A stretch of 64,000 nt of DNA. Source: Thermoanaerobaculia bacterium. Its GTDB lineage: Bacteria > Acidobacteriota > Thermoanaerobaculia > Multivoradales > J023. Shown here piece after piece: positions 9,107-18,710 of the stretch (positions within the stretch are counted from its first letter, which is position 1; each line of letters opens with the position of its first letter). The notes below the pieces were generated by a model. That model did not search any database, was not told where the DNA came from, and saw nothing but the letters and a program-made list of their open reading frames with translations. The position numbers and the translations under genes were made by a program. The DNA lies in the NCBI GenBank assembly GCA_028066595.1, contig JALCBJ010000016.1, positions 23,085-87,084 of the forward strand, in the 5' to 3' direction.

Positions 9107-11575
9107 CTAAAGCAGATCGTAGGGGTCCACATCGACCGTCAATAGTTGCCTCGTGGCGGGCTGGAGCCCCTCTAGAGCCGCCTCCACCGACCGCCGTAGC
9201 CGCACACTCGAGGGCCCCCGCAGAATCATCTGCCAGCGCCATTTGCCACGCAGCCTCTCCATGGGAGCGGGCGTCGGACCGAGGATGCGGGTTTCCTGGA
9301 CCAGACGATCACGAGAAAGGGCATCGGCCAGACGACGGAGCGCGCTTTCCGCGCGCTGGTTTTCCTTGTCCTGGGCCAGAATCGCTACCATGCGAGTGAA
9401 GGGCGGATAGTGGAAGGTGCGGCGGTACCGCATCTCCTCGACCGCGAAAGCGCGATCGTCGTGCGCCAGAGCGGAACGAATGGCGTAGTGATCGGGCTGG
9501 TAGGTCTGAATGACCACGCGCCCCGGCCGTTCGCCACGCCCCGCTCGGCCCGCGAGTTGGGTGAGCAAGGAGTAGGTACGCTCCACTGCGCGGAAGTCCG
9601 GAAAGCGCAGGTAGGTGTCGGCGAACAGGACAGCGGCCAGAGAAACGCGCGGGAAGTGGTGCCCCTTGGCCACCATCTGCGTTCCGATCAGGACCTGGGA
9701 CTTGCCCCGGCCGAACCGTTCCAGCACGGCCGCCGCGCCGCCGGTCCGGCGGGCTGAGTCCGCGTCGAGGACATCAGCTTCCGCATCCGGAAACAACTCC
9801 TTGAATCGTTCCTCGACTCGTTCCGTGCCGGCGCCGATGGGCTCCAGTGCTGCTTCGCTACAGGCTGGACAAGAGAGGGGTGCCGGTGCGCCGTGGCCGC
9901 AATAGTGGCACTCCAGACGGTGTCCCCGGAGGTGGTAGGTCATCGGAAGGCCACAGTCCGGGCACTGGAAGTCTTCACCGCAGGCCCGGCACAGCAAGAC
10001 CGGCGCATAGCCTCGGCGATTCCGCAGCAGCACGATCTGATCACCCGCTGTCAAAGCACGCCGGATCTCCGCTTGCAGTACGCCAGAGAAGTACAGCTCG
10101 CCGGTCTCTTCCGATCCCTTTTCCTTCCGGAGATCGACGAGAATCCCCTCAGGTAGCTGGGCCCGTCCGGCGCGTGCCGTCAGTTCCAGGAACCCCAGTT
10201 TTCCGGTCTGCGTGTTTCTGCGGCTTTCCAGACTCGGCGTAGCCGAGACCAACGCTGCTGTGGCGCCATGGCGGCGCGCCCGCCACAAGGCCAGATCCCG
10301 CCCGTTGTACCGCGGTGCTTTGTCTTGTTTGTATGCACCTTCGTGTTCCTCGTCGACGACGATGAAACCGAGATCCGCGACAGGTGCCCATAGCGCCGAC
10401 CGTGGTCCCAGCACCACGCGCGCTTCGCCGCGCCGGATGCGTTCCCACTCTTGCTGTCGCTCGGCGTTGGACAGGTTGGAGTGCAAGATGGCCAGCTCAG
10501 CACCGAAGCGGGCCCGCAGCTCCGACGCGAGGGAGGGCACCAATGCGATCTCCGGCACCATGACGATGACCGAACGACCGAGCTCGAGACAACGTGCCGT
10601 TGCGCGCAGATAGACCTCGGTTTTGCCCGAACCGGTCATGCCATGAATCAAGAAAGGAGAGTACTGGCGGTTCCCTATGGCTCCGTTCAACGCCTCGACG
10701 GCATTCTCCTGATCGGTTCGCAGAACGAACTCTTCGCGTTCCTCAGCCAGCTGCATGCGATGACGTTCCAACGACAGCCGTGCGGGCTGACTGAACTCTC
10801 TCAGGACGCCTAACTTCACCAGCCTGCGGATCACGCCCTTGCCGCAGCCGACGGTGCCGGCCACATCGCGTACCGCGACCGGGCGTTCCACGGCCTTCAG
10901 GTACTCGACCACCTCCCTGCCCTTCTTGGAACGCCCGACCTCACCCAGGAGAGCGTCGATGTCGCCAGGCGACAACTCGACCGCACGGACCCAACGCATG
11001 CCGCGGGCTGCTGGATCTTCCACCGAGACGCGCCCTTCCCGGCGCATCGTCTCTACATGCCGTGACAACCCGGGGATGCCGAGACTTCCCTGTAGTTCGG
11101 CCAAGCGCATCCGACCCTGGAGCAAGAGGTGGTTTCGGATCGCAGCTTGGCAAGGATCGGACATCGGAGCGACGGCACCCGCGTCGGTAAGAGACACCCT
11201 ACGGTCACCCCAGGGGGGGAGATCTGTCGGCACCATCGTCCGCAGCGTCTCTCCGAGCGGAGCCAGGTAGTAGTCCGACGCGAAGCGGCCGAGCTCGATC
11301 AGCTCCGCTGGCAGCACCGGCTCCCGATCCAGGAGCTCGAGAACATCCTTGATCTTGGCTTCCGGAACGTCTTCCGGGGGTTTGCCAGTCAATGCGGTCG
11401 CGAAGCCCACGACTTGACGCGCTCCGACCGGAACCCGAAGCCGGCATCCCGCCTGGACCTCACCTCGAAGTCCGGCAGGGATACCGTAGGTCAGTTCGGG
11501 AAGAGGTAGCGGTACCGCTACGGATACGAAGCTACGACTCTTCGGCTCTGGATCACTCCGAGAACCCGCGGTCAT
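9107..11575 (-). CDS. priA: primosomal protein N' (replication restart helicase PriA)
   Basis: 822 aa. N-terminal 3'-DNA-binding domain (VSVAVPLPLPELTYGIP), superfamily II helicase motifs (GMTGSGKTEVY, DEEH), and a Cys-rich zinc module CPDCG...CHYCG...CPAC. Confidence 0.85.
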   Translation of the reverse strand: MTAGSRSDPEPKSRSFVSVAVPLPLPELTYGIPAGLRGEVQAGCRLRVPVGARQVVGFATALTGKPPEDVPEAKIKDVLELLDREPVLPAELIELGRFASDYYLAPLGETLRTMVPTDLPPWGDRRVSLTDAGAVAPMSDPCQAAIRNHLLLQGRMRLAELQGSLGIPGLSRHVETMRREGRVSVEDPAARGMRWVRAVELSPGDIDALLGEVGRSKKGREVVEYLKAVERPVAVRDVAGTVGCGKGVIRRLVKLGVLREFSQPARLSLERHRMQLAEEREEFVLRTDQENAVEALNGAIGNRQYSPFLIHGMTGSGKTEVYLRATARCLELGRSVIVMVPEIALVPSLASELRARFGAELAILHSNLSNAERQQEWERIRRGEARVVLGPRSALWAPVADLGFIVVDEEHEGAYKQDKAPRYNGRDLALWRARRHGATAALVSATPSLESRRNTQTGKLGFLELTARAGRAQLPEGILVDLRKEKGSEETGELYFSGVLQAEIRRALTAGDQIVLLRNRRGYAPVLLCRACGEDFQCPDCGLPMTYHLRGHRLECHYCGHGAPAPLSCPACSEAALEPIGAGTERVEERFKELFPDAEADVLDADSARRTGGAAAVLERFGRGKSQVLIGTQMVAKGHHFPRVSLAAVLFADTYLRFPDFRAVERTYSLLTQLAGRAGRGERPGRVVIQTYQPDHYAIRSALAHDDRAFAVEEMRYRRTFHYPPFTRMVAILAQDKENQRAESALRRLADALSRDRLVQETRILGPTPAPMERLRGKWRWQMILRGPSSVRLRRSVEAALEGLQPATRQLLTVDVDPYDLL

Positions 11576-11654
11576 CGATCGGCACTCACAACCGGCTCTG
11601 GTACGGAAAGCTCATGACGCACCCAGCCGGGCCGCAGGAGCATGGAACCGCCGA

Positions 11655-12263
11655 TCAGGACGCTGTGGCGCGACGCCGCTCCACCTCCGTGGCCAGGCGA
11701 ATCACGTCCGGATTGCCCGGCTGCAACTCCTGCAACTCCTGCACCCTTTCCCAGGCATCGTCGAGACGGCCGAGGTCGAATGCCAGAACGAGGATCTGGT
11801 TGTACAAGCTCTGCCAGTGATCGGGGCGTTGTACGCGGACCTGATCGAAGAGCGCGAGCGCTTCCTCCGGCTGGCCCAAGTGGCGGAGCGCAGCACCCAG
11901 ATCCGTGGCCACGTCGACATCCTCGGGACGTTGATCCAGATAGGAACGATAGAGCTCTACGGCCCGCCCCCAATTCGCGATGTCGTAGTTCAAGTCCGCC
12001 AACATGCGGACAGCCTCCAAGTCATCTGGATTCTCGGCAACATGGGCGCGCAGCCGCTGAACTTCCTCCATACCCGCAGGCGCTTGCTGCGCCGCGGTTC
12101 CAGGCTGCGCGGATCGAGGTGGAGCGGCCTGTTGCGCGGCCTGGCCACCGCCGGCAAAGGCGGGAACAGGCTGACGGGCCGCCATCACCTCATGCGCGAT
12201 GTAGCCGAGAATGAACCCGGAGAGGAGACCGATCAGAAGGACGAGTAGGTGATCGCGAGTCAC
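11655..12263 (-). CDS. membrane-anchored tetratricopeptide-repeat protein
   Basis: 202 aa. N-terminal TM helix (LLVLLIGLLSGFILGYIA), a Gln/Ala/Pro-rich linker, then TPR-like helices. Confidence 0.55.
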   Translation of the reverse strand: MTRDHLLVLLIGLLSGFILGYIAHEVMAARQPVPAFAGGGQAAQQAAPPRSAQPGTAAQQAPAGMEEVQRLRAHVAENPDDLEAVRMLADLNYDIANWGRAVELYRSYLDQRPEDVDVATDLGAALRHLGQPEEALALFDQVRVQRPDHWQSLYNQILVLAFDLGRLDDAWERVQELQELQPGNPDVIRLATEVERRRATAS

Positions 12264-12280
12264 GACGTCTACGTCTCGTC

Positions 12281-12883
12281 TTACTTTGTGGCCTTGCCGT
12301 TCGACTTCGCCTTCTTCGCCTTCGCCATCTTCTCCAGACTACGCTCCAAGGCGCTCTCGACGATGACCTCGGCCTCGGGCTCCTCTACGTCTTTGACGTG
12401 AGCCACCTCGGAAACGATGAAGTATTTCGCGCGCTCGTACATCTTCTTCTCGCGAAACGACAGACTCTTTTTCTGGCTCACCAAAGAGAGATTCTTGAGC
12501 ACTTCGACCACCTCGAGCAGGCGGCCGGTCTTCATCTTGTCCAGGTTCTGCTTGTATCGACCCTTCCAGTCCTTGTAAGTGTCGATGTTGCCATCTTCCA
12601 TGATCGCCATCAGATGATCGATCTCACCCTGATCACCCAGTGGGCGCAGTCCTACGAGATTCAGATTCTCCTCGGGAACCATCACCTTCGAGTTATTCGA
12701 GAGCAAACGTAGATGGTAAAAGGTCTTGTCTTGATCGTCGAAGGTGGTCGAGGAGATCTCCTCCACAACGCTGACGCCATGGTTCGGGTAGACGACTTTC
12801 TGTCCGACCTCGAATGTCACGTGAGTCCCCTTTTGATACGGTGCAGCTTCCTCTCGGGGACCGGCATCGATCGGCTGCCGCAC
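12281..12883 (-). CDS. carD: CarD/CdnL family RNA-polymerase-binding transcription regulator
   Basis: N-terminal CarD_CdnL_TRCF RNAP-interaction domain (FEVGQKVVYPNHGVSVVEEI) and a lysine-rich C-terminal helical domain. The true start may be the internal GTG near 12820 (VTFEVGQKVVYP). Confidence 0.75.
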   Translation of the reverse strand: MRQPIDAGPREEAAPYQKGTHVTFEVGQKVVYPNHGVSVVEEISSTTFDDQDKTFYHLRLLSNNSKVMVPEENLNLVGLRPLGDQGEIDHLMAIMEDGNIDTYKDWKGRYKQNLDKMKTGRLLEVVEVLKNLSLVSQKKSLSFREKKMYERAKYFIVSEVAHVKDVEEPEAEVIVESALERSLEKMAKAKKAKSNGKATK

Positions 12884-13254
12884 CGCCTCGTGTTCTGGCG
12901 GTGGACGCCGGTACGACGACCGGAGCAGGAGGAAGGATAGTTTGGAATGTGTAGCAGAGAAGAGTCGTCGGCTCGCCTTCGCGGCGCTCCAGGCGCGAAC
13001 GCGACGGCGGAGATGCCGATCGGGTAGGAGTCGCAGATGGCGCTTCTGACTTCGACGCCGCCGTCGGATGTCGAGGGAACTTGCGGTCTGGGACTCGACC
13101 CTCGAACCATCCCGGTCCCCTCGAACCTCTCGGATCAGCGAAGAACGCAGCCGACGAACGGCGCGCCCCGGCCTGAAATCGACCGCTCTGCGAGGGCGTA
13201 AGATACCTCAAAATCGGCCAATTTGCAAGCCTTAGAGGCGTCCTTCACCCTCGC

Positions 13255-14082
13255 TTGATCGCCTTTCTCTGTGTGGAAACCGTGACGCTCAAAGAGATCT
13301 ACCATCGATTGCTTCCCGCGTCGATTCGCTATCCGATCGGCCACGCACGTCGAAGCGCCGTCGACTCCTGGGCTCGTTGGCGCACGCCTGGCGCCCCGCT
13401 ACCGCCGCGCCACATGCTGCGCTCGGTTCAAATGACGCCGTGGATCTGGGAGTACTTGCAGGTCGGCTGTGCCACGGCCGAAGCCGTCCGATCTGCCCTG
13501 TCTTCCTCCGGCCTCGGCAGTCTCGGAGACTCGCCACCGCGTGTTCTGGACTTCGGCTGTGGTTTGGGTCGGACGCTTCGCTTTCTGCTCGACACCGGAT
13601 GGCTTCTGGAAGGGTGCGATATCGACTTCCAAAGCATCGAGTGGCTGCGCGGAGCGCTCCCAGACCTGGCGGTCGAGGTGAACGAGATCAATCCTCCGCT
13701 GCCCTACCCCGACCATCACTTCGACGGCCTCTACGCGGTTTCCGTTTTCACCCATTTCGACCGACCGGAACAGGATCGATGGGCGGCGGAAGTGGCACGG
13801 GTCGTGCGCCCCGGCGGGCTGGTCCTCGTCACCTCTATGGGGCCTCACGCATTGACCGGCTTCGAGCAAGTCGACATTCCCGCACATCGCGAAGCGCTTT
13901 CTCGCAACGGATTCTTCTTCGACCCGGCACAGGCCGACTCCGAGGAGTTCAACGCCCGAGGTGCATTCCATACCAAGGAAGGGCTCGGCTCGATCTTCGG
14001 ACCCCACTTTCACCTTCTGCGACATGAGTCCGGTGGGGTCGACGGGTTCCAGGATCTGACGGTCTTTCGCGCTCGTGAATGA
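13255..14082 (+). CDS. class I SAM-dependent methyltransferase
   Basis: Motif I VLDFGCGLGRTL, post-I acidic residue (GCDID), and motif PGGLVLVT. Start uncertain. The internal Met MLRSVQMTPW near 13411 would give about 223 aa. Confidence 0.55.
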   Translation: MIAFLCVETVTLKEIYHRLLPASIRYPIGHARRSAVDSWARWRTPGAPLPPRHMLRSVQMTPWIWEYLQVGCATAEAVRSALSSSGLGSLGDSPPRVLDFGCGLGRTLRFLLDTGWLLEGCDIDFQSIEWLRGALPDLAVEVNEINPPLPYPDHHFDGLYAVSVFTHFDRPEQDRWAAEVARVVRPGGLVLVTSMGPHALTGFEQVDIPAHREALSRNGFFFDPAQADSEEFNARGAFHTKEGLGSIFGPHFHLLRHESGGVDGFQDLTVFRARE

Positions 14083-14170
14083 CCCTCATTGACAGCGAGC
14101 AGCCGTAGACCTAGCATCTAGCGCTGCCGCCGCCGCTGTCTCACCGGACAGCAGCCCGCGGGCCCATCCA

Positions 14171-14257
14171 GCCGGAGTGGCGGAATTGGTAGACGCGACG
14201 GATTCAAAATCCGTTATCCGCAAGGATGTGGGGGTTCGAGTCCCCCCTCCGGCACCA
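14171..14257 (+). tRNA. tRNA-Leu (anticodon CAA), type II with long variable arm, CCA encoded
   Basis: Manual fold. Acceptor stem gccggag/ctccggc. Anticodon stem acgga/tccgt with loop ttCAAaa. 15-nt variable arm tatccgcaaggatgt. T-arm ggggg-ttcgagt-ccccc. Discriminator a, then cca. Confidence 0.85.
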
Positions 14258-14675
14258 AGCTTCTCAAGGGCCCGGACCACGAGTGCGATGGCTCACCCTT
14301 CCGACACATCCAGGACGGAGCCGGAGAGTCTTCCGGCTTGATCGCCTCACAAGAGCTTCGGGTTGCCATCGGTAGCGACTGACTGTCGGTGCGGTCAGAT
14401 CTCGATACATCGAGATGGAGCGCGTCAGCTGGCACTCGGATCTACATGGACAGTGGCCGCCCGTGACCGGAGTGCTGCGGGCCCATCAGATTTGCTGCAC
14501 TAGCATTTCTTGACCGCCCATCGTTACACTTCCCCAGCGGTCAGCAGGAGCTGCCGTGAGCGCACACCGGTAGGCCTCGGACACTCGAGCTTGACCGGGA
14601 CCGGGTCTCCATCTGAAGCCGTGAGCTTGAGTCCGCGGCCCGACGTTTCATCGATCTGCGGCAAGCCAACTCACC

Positions 14676-15758
14676 ATGTCGATTCGATCCCTCCCCTACG
14701 TTCGTTGCCTCGCACTGGCTACCACGATGCTGTGCGCTGCGACGACCACGGCCCAGACCACGCCGGTCATCGCCTTCGGCGACAGTATTTCGATCGGCTT
14801 CCGCGAGCCAGGCGTCGACTGTGACAACCCGGTCGCCACCGCCAAGGGTTACGGCGAGCATCTGGAAGATCAGCTGATCGGCGCCGGACGCACCGTCACC
14901 GTCTTTCCTCGCGGGATCTGCGGCGAGCATGCGAGCGAAGGTGTGAGTCGTATCGACGATGTCCTGGCTGAAGGTACGTTCCAAGGGCAGACGGGTGTCG
15001 TCGTCGTGATGGAAGGCACCAACGACATCTCCCAGGGTAACCCTCCCATTGGCGTCGAGACTGTCGCGGACAATCTCGAGCTCATTGCGGGCAAGGTCGC
15101 GGCCGCAGGGTGGACGCCCGTCTATTCCTCGATCGTCCCTTACGGCCCGAACGTCGACGGCATGAACCGCAACGGTCGTGCCGCGCTGCTGTCCGAGAGG
15201 CTGGAAGAGATCGCTGCGATGGAAGCCGTACCGTTCGCTGACCCCTTCCACGATCTGCTCGAGATACCGAATCTCTTCGACAACTTCTACGATGCCGACG
15301 GCTACCATCTCAACGCAGCCGGCTATGAGCGATTGGCCGATTCCTTCTTCCAGCCGGCTCTCGAGGGCCTCGACACAGCATGCGAAGTCGACGAGCCTTG
15401 CGAAGAGGACGGCCCCAGCCTTTGCCTGCAGGGTGGGCGATTCCAGGTCGACGTCGAGTGGAAGACGATCAACGACCAGGGCATAGGAGTCGGCGAGCCT
15501 CAGACGTCTGACACCGGCAAGTTCTGGTTCTTCGGACCGGACAATCTCGAGCTACTGGTGAAGGTCTTGGATGCGCGCTGTCTCAACGAGCATTTCTGGG
15601 TCTACTACGGCGCCCTCACCAACCAGCAGTTCACCATGACCGTGACCGACAAGGCGACCTGCGCCCGCCGGGTGTACTTCAACGCGGACGGGAACATGGC
15701 CAGTGCGGGAGATACGGTGGCGTTTCCGGTCGCACCAGATCCCGGGACCTGCCCGTAG
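14676..15758 (+). CDS. secreted SGNH/GDSL-family hydrolase with C-terminal Cys-containing extension
   Basis: Signal peptide (LALATTMLCAATTTAQT). Block I IAFGDSIS (GDS(L) motif with catalytic Ser). Block III GTND. Catalytic DxxH-like DGYHLN. The C-terminal 120 aa form an unrelated Cys-containing domain. Confidence 0.7.
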   Translation: MSIRSLPYVRCLALATTMLCAATTTAQTTPVIAFGDSISIGFREPGVDCDNPVATAKGYGEHLEDQLIGAGRTVTVFPRGICGEHASEGVSRIDDVLAEGTFQGQTGVVVVMEGTNDISQGNPPIGVETVADNLELIAGKVAAAGWTPVYSSIVPYGPNVDGMNRNGRAALLSERLEEIAAMEAVPFADPFHDLLEIPNLFDNFYDADGYHLNAAGYERLADSFFQPALEGLDTACEVDEPCEEDGPSLCLQGGRFQVDVEWKTINDQGIGVGEPQTSDTGKFWFFGPDNLELLVKVLDARCLNEHFWVYYGALTNQQFTMTVTDKATCARRVYFNADGNMASAGDTVAFPVAPDPGTCP

Positions 15759-15909
15759 CACCGGCCGAATCTCGCCGGTTGTGTTGCGAGCGGTTGCTAC
15801 GAGACATCGCCGCAGCGGAGAGTCCGGAGTGGCAGGTACGCACGGAGGAGCTTGCCGCGCATTCGCATGAGGCGCGGCAAGCTCTCGTCGTGCCGGGTGA
15901 GCTTCCTAC

Positions 15910-17568
15910 TCAGTCGTCGGAGGTCGGATCGTCCAGGGTGACGCCGAACTCGTCGAGCAGGCGGCCGATCGAAAGCTGATAGGCAGCGAGGGCCTTGCGA
16001 TAGCCGATGACCGCGCTGACCTCACGACTCAGCGCTTCCGACAGATCCTCTTGAATCTGCAGCACCGTGAACGAAGTGGACAGGCCGTTCTCGTAGCGCT
16101 TCTGCTCCGCTTCGAGGTTCTTGCGCGCCAGCTTGCTCGACACCCTGGCCGACTCGATGGACTTCGCTGCGGTATCCACGGCACGGGCGGTACGGCGCAC
16201 TTCCACCAGCACGGAGTTCTCCAGGTCGCGCAGGGCCCACTCGCCTTGCTCGAGGAATAGCTCCGCTTGCGCAGCCCGAGCCTTGGCGTCGCGGTTCTGG
16301 ATCGGATAGGAAACGTTGAACTGCACCGACCAGAATTCGAAGTCCCGATCCGTGATCTGCTGAAGGGCGCCGCTGTAGCCATCGTCGATCAGGGTGCCGG
16401 CCTCGCGGTCGATCGTGACGTTGGTGCCGTTGTAGCCGATACCTGCCGTCAGGTCCACCTGCGGCAGCTTGTTCCGTTGGGCGATCCGTGCATCGAGTTC
16501 CCGCTTTTCGATCTCCAGACGCTGTTGGATCACGTCGGCCCGGTGCTCCAGTGCGAGATCTACGGCCTGCTTGAGATCGATCGGCTCGTGGTCGATCTCC
16601 GGGTCGGTGACCGGCTGAATCGGGACGTCCCAAAGGTTCCCAACCTCCAGATTCAGAAGACGTCGCAGACCGTCGGCTGCGTCCTCGACGGCCGCCTGCT
16701 GACGGATGATCTCCTCCTCCCTGGCCGCGACACCGGCCTCCGACTGGACCATCTCCAAGGGTGCCAAGGTGCCGACCTCGACCTGAATACGGTTCATTTC
16801 ATGGAGCTCGCGCGCCAGCTCCAAGCTCTCTTGCGACACGTCCAGTTGTTCCTGGGCCGCGACCAGATCCCAGTAGATGTCCGATACCTGTCGTACGACC
16901 GACTCGACGTTGGAACGGAAAGCCTCGAGGGAGATCGCCGAGTCCTTGCGTGCCACGATGATGTTCCGATTCGTGGCATCACGGCCGAAGTTGCGCAGTA
17001 GGGGTTGCTGGAAGAACAGACTGGCATCCGCGTTGTACAACGGATTGATCAACTGCGTCCGGTCGGATGTTTCCTGACTGCGGTTGTTGGAATTGAACTG
17101 AAGACCACCGCCCCATGAAGTCAGCTGTGAGAGCGAGAAGTTCCAGCGATCGTTCTCGTCACTGAGCACGCCCTGAGTCTCCTGCAGCGACGAAGTCTGC
17201 GGCGAGGAAGACGTCGAGGTGCGGAGATCGGCCGTCAAGTTCAAATCGTAGATACCTTGGGCCGCGTCGATGCCCAGCAGCGACCGTTCACGGCCATAGC
17301 GTTGCACCACCAAGCCAATGTTGTGACGCAGCGCCAACACGATGGCACGATCCAGAGGTAGCTCGAGCGCATCGTTTGATGCCTCGATCGTAGCCGCTAC
17401 GGCATCGCCGCTGGGTGTCGTGGGAACCGCGAGCTCTCCATCCACCGCCAACATCGGCGAGACCACGGCCAGAAGAAGGCCGAAGAAAAACAACAGAGAG
17501 ATGCGTTCGAAGTGCAATGGGGAGGCCGAACCGATAGAGGTTCGACTGATCTCAGACGGTAGTTTCAT
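15910..17568 (-). CDS. TolC-family outer membrane efflux protein
   Basis: Track ORF over-extended to 17874. Signal-peptide start MKLPSEISRTSIGSASPLHFERISLLFFFGLLLAVVSP at 17568 (alternative start 17580). Duplicated OEP/TolC repeat architecture with coiled-coil segments. About 553 aa. Confidence 0.7.
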   Translation of the reverse strand: MKLPSEISRTSIGSASPLHFERISLLFFFGLLLAVVSPMLAVDGELAVPTTPSGDAVAATIEASNDALELPLDRAIVLALRHNIGLVVQRYGRERSLLGIDAAQGIYDLNLTADLRTSTSSSPQTSSLQETQGVLSDENDRWNFSLSQLTSWGGGLQFNSNNRSQETSDRTQLINPLYNADASLFFQQPLLRNFGRDATNRNIIVARKDSAISLEAFRSNVESVVRQVSDIYWDLVAAQEQLDVSQESLELARELHEMNRIQVEVGTLAPLEMVQSEAGVAAREEEIIRQQAAVEDAADGLRRLLNLEVGNLWDVPIQPVTDPEIDHEPIDLKQAVDLALEHRADVIQQRLEIEKRELDARIAQRNKLPQVDLTAGIGYNGTNVTIDREAGTLIDDGYSGALQQITDRDFEFWSVQFNVSYPIQNRDAKARAAQAELFLEQGEWALRDLENSVLVEVRRTARAVDTAAKSIESARVSSKLARKNLEAEQKRYENGLSTSFTVLQIQEDLSEALSREVSAVIGYRKALAAYQLSIGRLLDEFGVTLDDPTSDD

Positions 17569-17723
17569 TATGGGCTCCATGGGGTGAGGCGCTGTGGTCG
17601 GCCGTGGGCGGACGGCGCTTCCGGTAATACTGTCCGGAGACGCACGGCGTTTGTTTGTCCTACGATGCAAAGCTTGAAATGTTCCATACGCGAATGGGAC
17701 GAACAGGAGCTCAGATCTGACGA

Positions 17724-18710
17724 TCAGGCTGGGCGCTTCGGGAAATGACAGGCCACCCGTTGGTTTGCTGAGCTCCGTGTGCTCGGCTGCGGCAATGAGT
17801 CCGGTGACCGTAACATCGGTAGCTCGATTCGGCATCGTTCTTCGGCCTTCGGACAACGCGGATGGAACGCGCAACCCGGAGGAGGCGCGATGGCACTCGG
17901 GACGTCACCAGCGAGCGGTCGCGGGGATTCGGCACGCGGACCGAGACGCGGTACCGCCTCGAGTAGCGCGGCAGTATACGGATGGCTGGGATGCGAGAGG
18001 ACCTCTTCTGCAGAGCCGATCTCGACGATACGCCCCGAATACAGAACGGCGACACGATCGGCGACCTTCCGTACCGCTCCGAGGTCATGACCGATGAACA
18101 CGAGCGCCAGGTCATGACTTTGGCGCAGGCTGCTGAGCAAATCGAGGATCTGATCCCGCAAAGACACATCGAGAGCCGAGACCGGCTCGTCGAGCACCAC
18201 GACGTCGGCCTCGGCGGCAAGCGCCCGCAAGATGCCCAACCGCTGGCGTTGGCCGCCAGAGAGCTGATGCGGCAGACGATCGAGCATCGTCTCGTCCAAT
18301 TCGACCGCAGCGAGCAAGTCAGCCGCTTGCTCCCGCATCCGTTTGGGGCGAGGCAAAGCCTCAGCCAGAGACTCGAAGATCGTCAGCCGCGGATCGAAGG
18401 CCTGCGAGCTGTCCTGAAAGACCAACTGCAGCCGCCGCCTGCGCCGCCGCCACGCGGCTCCACGAAGCGAGGACAGGTCCGTCCCTTCGTGCATCACGCA
18501 CCCCTCATCGGGTGTCAAGTGCCCCACGAGGCACTTTCCCAAGGTCGTCTTGCCACAACCCGACTCCCCCACCAAAGCAAGGCACTCTCCGGCGTAGACC
18601 TCGAGATTGACCTCGCGAAGAGCTTGGAGTCGATGGGCACGAAGTCCCTCGCGCAGCGCGAAACGCTTCACCAATCCATCCGCCACCAAGACCGGTCGCC
18701 GCTCAGACAC
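17724..18710 (-). CDS. Dpp/Opp-type ABC transporter ATP-binding protein (DppF/OppF-like)
   Basis: Walker A GESGCGKTT, signature LSGGQRQR, Walker B VVVLDEP, and a C-terminal oligopeptide-ABC extension (SHPSHPYTAALL). The GTG start VSERRPVLVADGLVKRF at 18710 overlaps the upstream ATPase stop codon by 8 nt. Confidence 0.7.
   Translation of the reverse strand: MSERRPVLVADGLVKRFALREGLRAHRLQALREVNLEVYAGECLALVGESGCGKTTLGKCLVGHLTPDEGCVMHEGTDLSSLRGAAWRRRRRRLQLVFQDSSQAFDPRLTIFESLAEALPRPKRMREQAADLLAAVELDETMLDRLPHQLSGGQRQRLGILRALAAEADVVVLDEPVSALDVSLRDQILDLLSSLRQSHDLALVFIGHDLGAVRKVADRVAVLYSGRIVEIGSAEEVLSHPSHPYTAALLEAVPRLGPRAESPRPLAGDVPSAIAPPPGCAFHPRCPKAEERCRIELPMLRSPDSLPQPSTRSSANQRVACHFPKRPA

Noticed and set aside
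12884-13254. 370-nt gap between carD and the methyltransferase with a tRNA-like-looking gggactcgaccctcgaacc
   Set aside because: Cannot be folded into a cloverleaf. No anticodon or T-arm pairing. Probably a promoter/5'-UTR region for the divergent genes.
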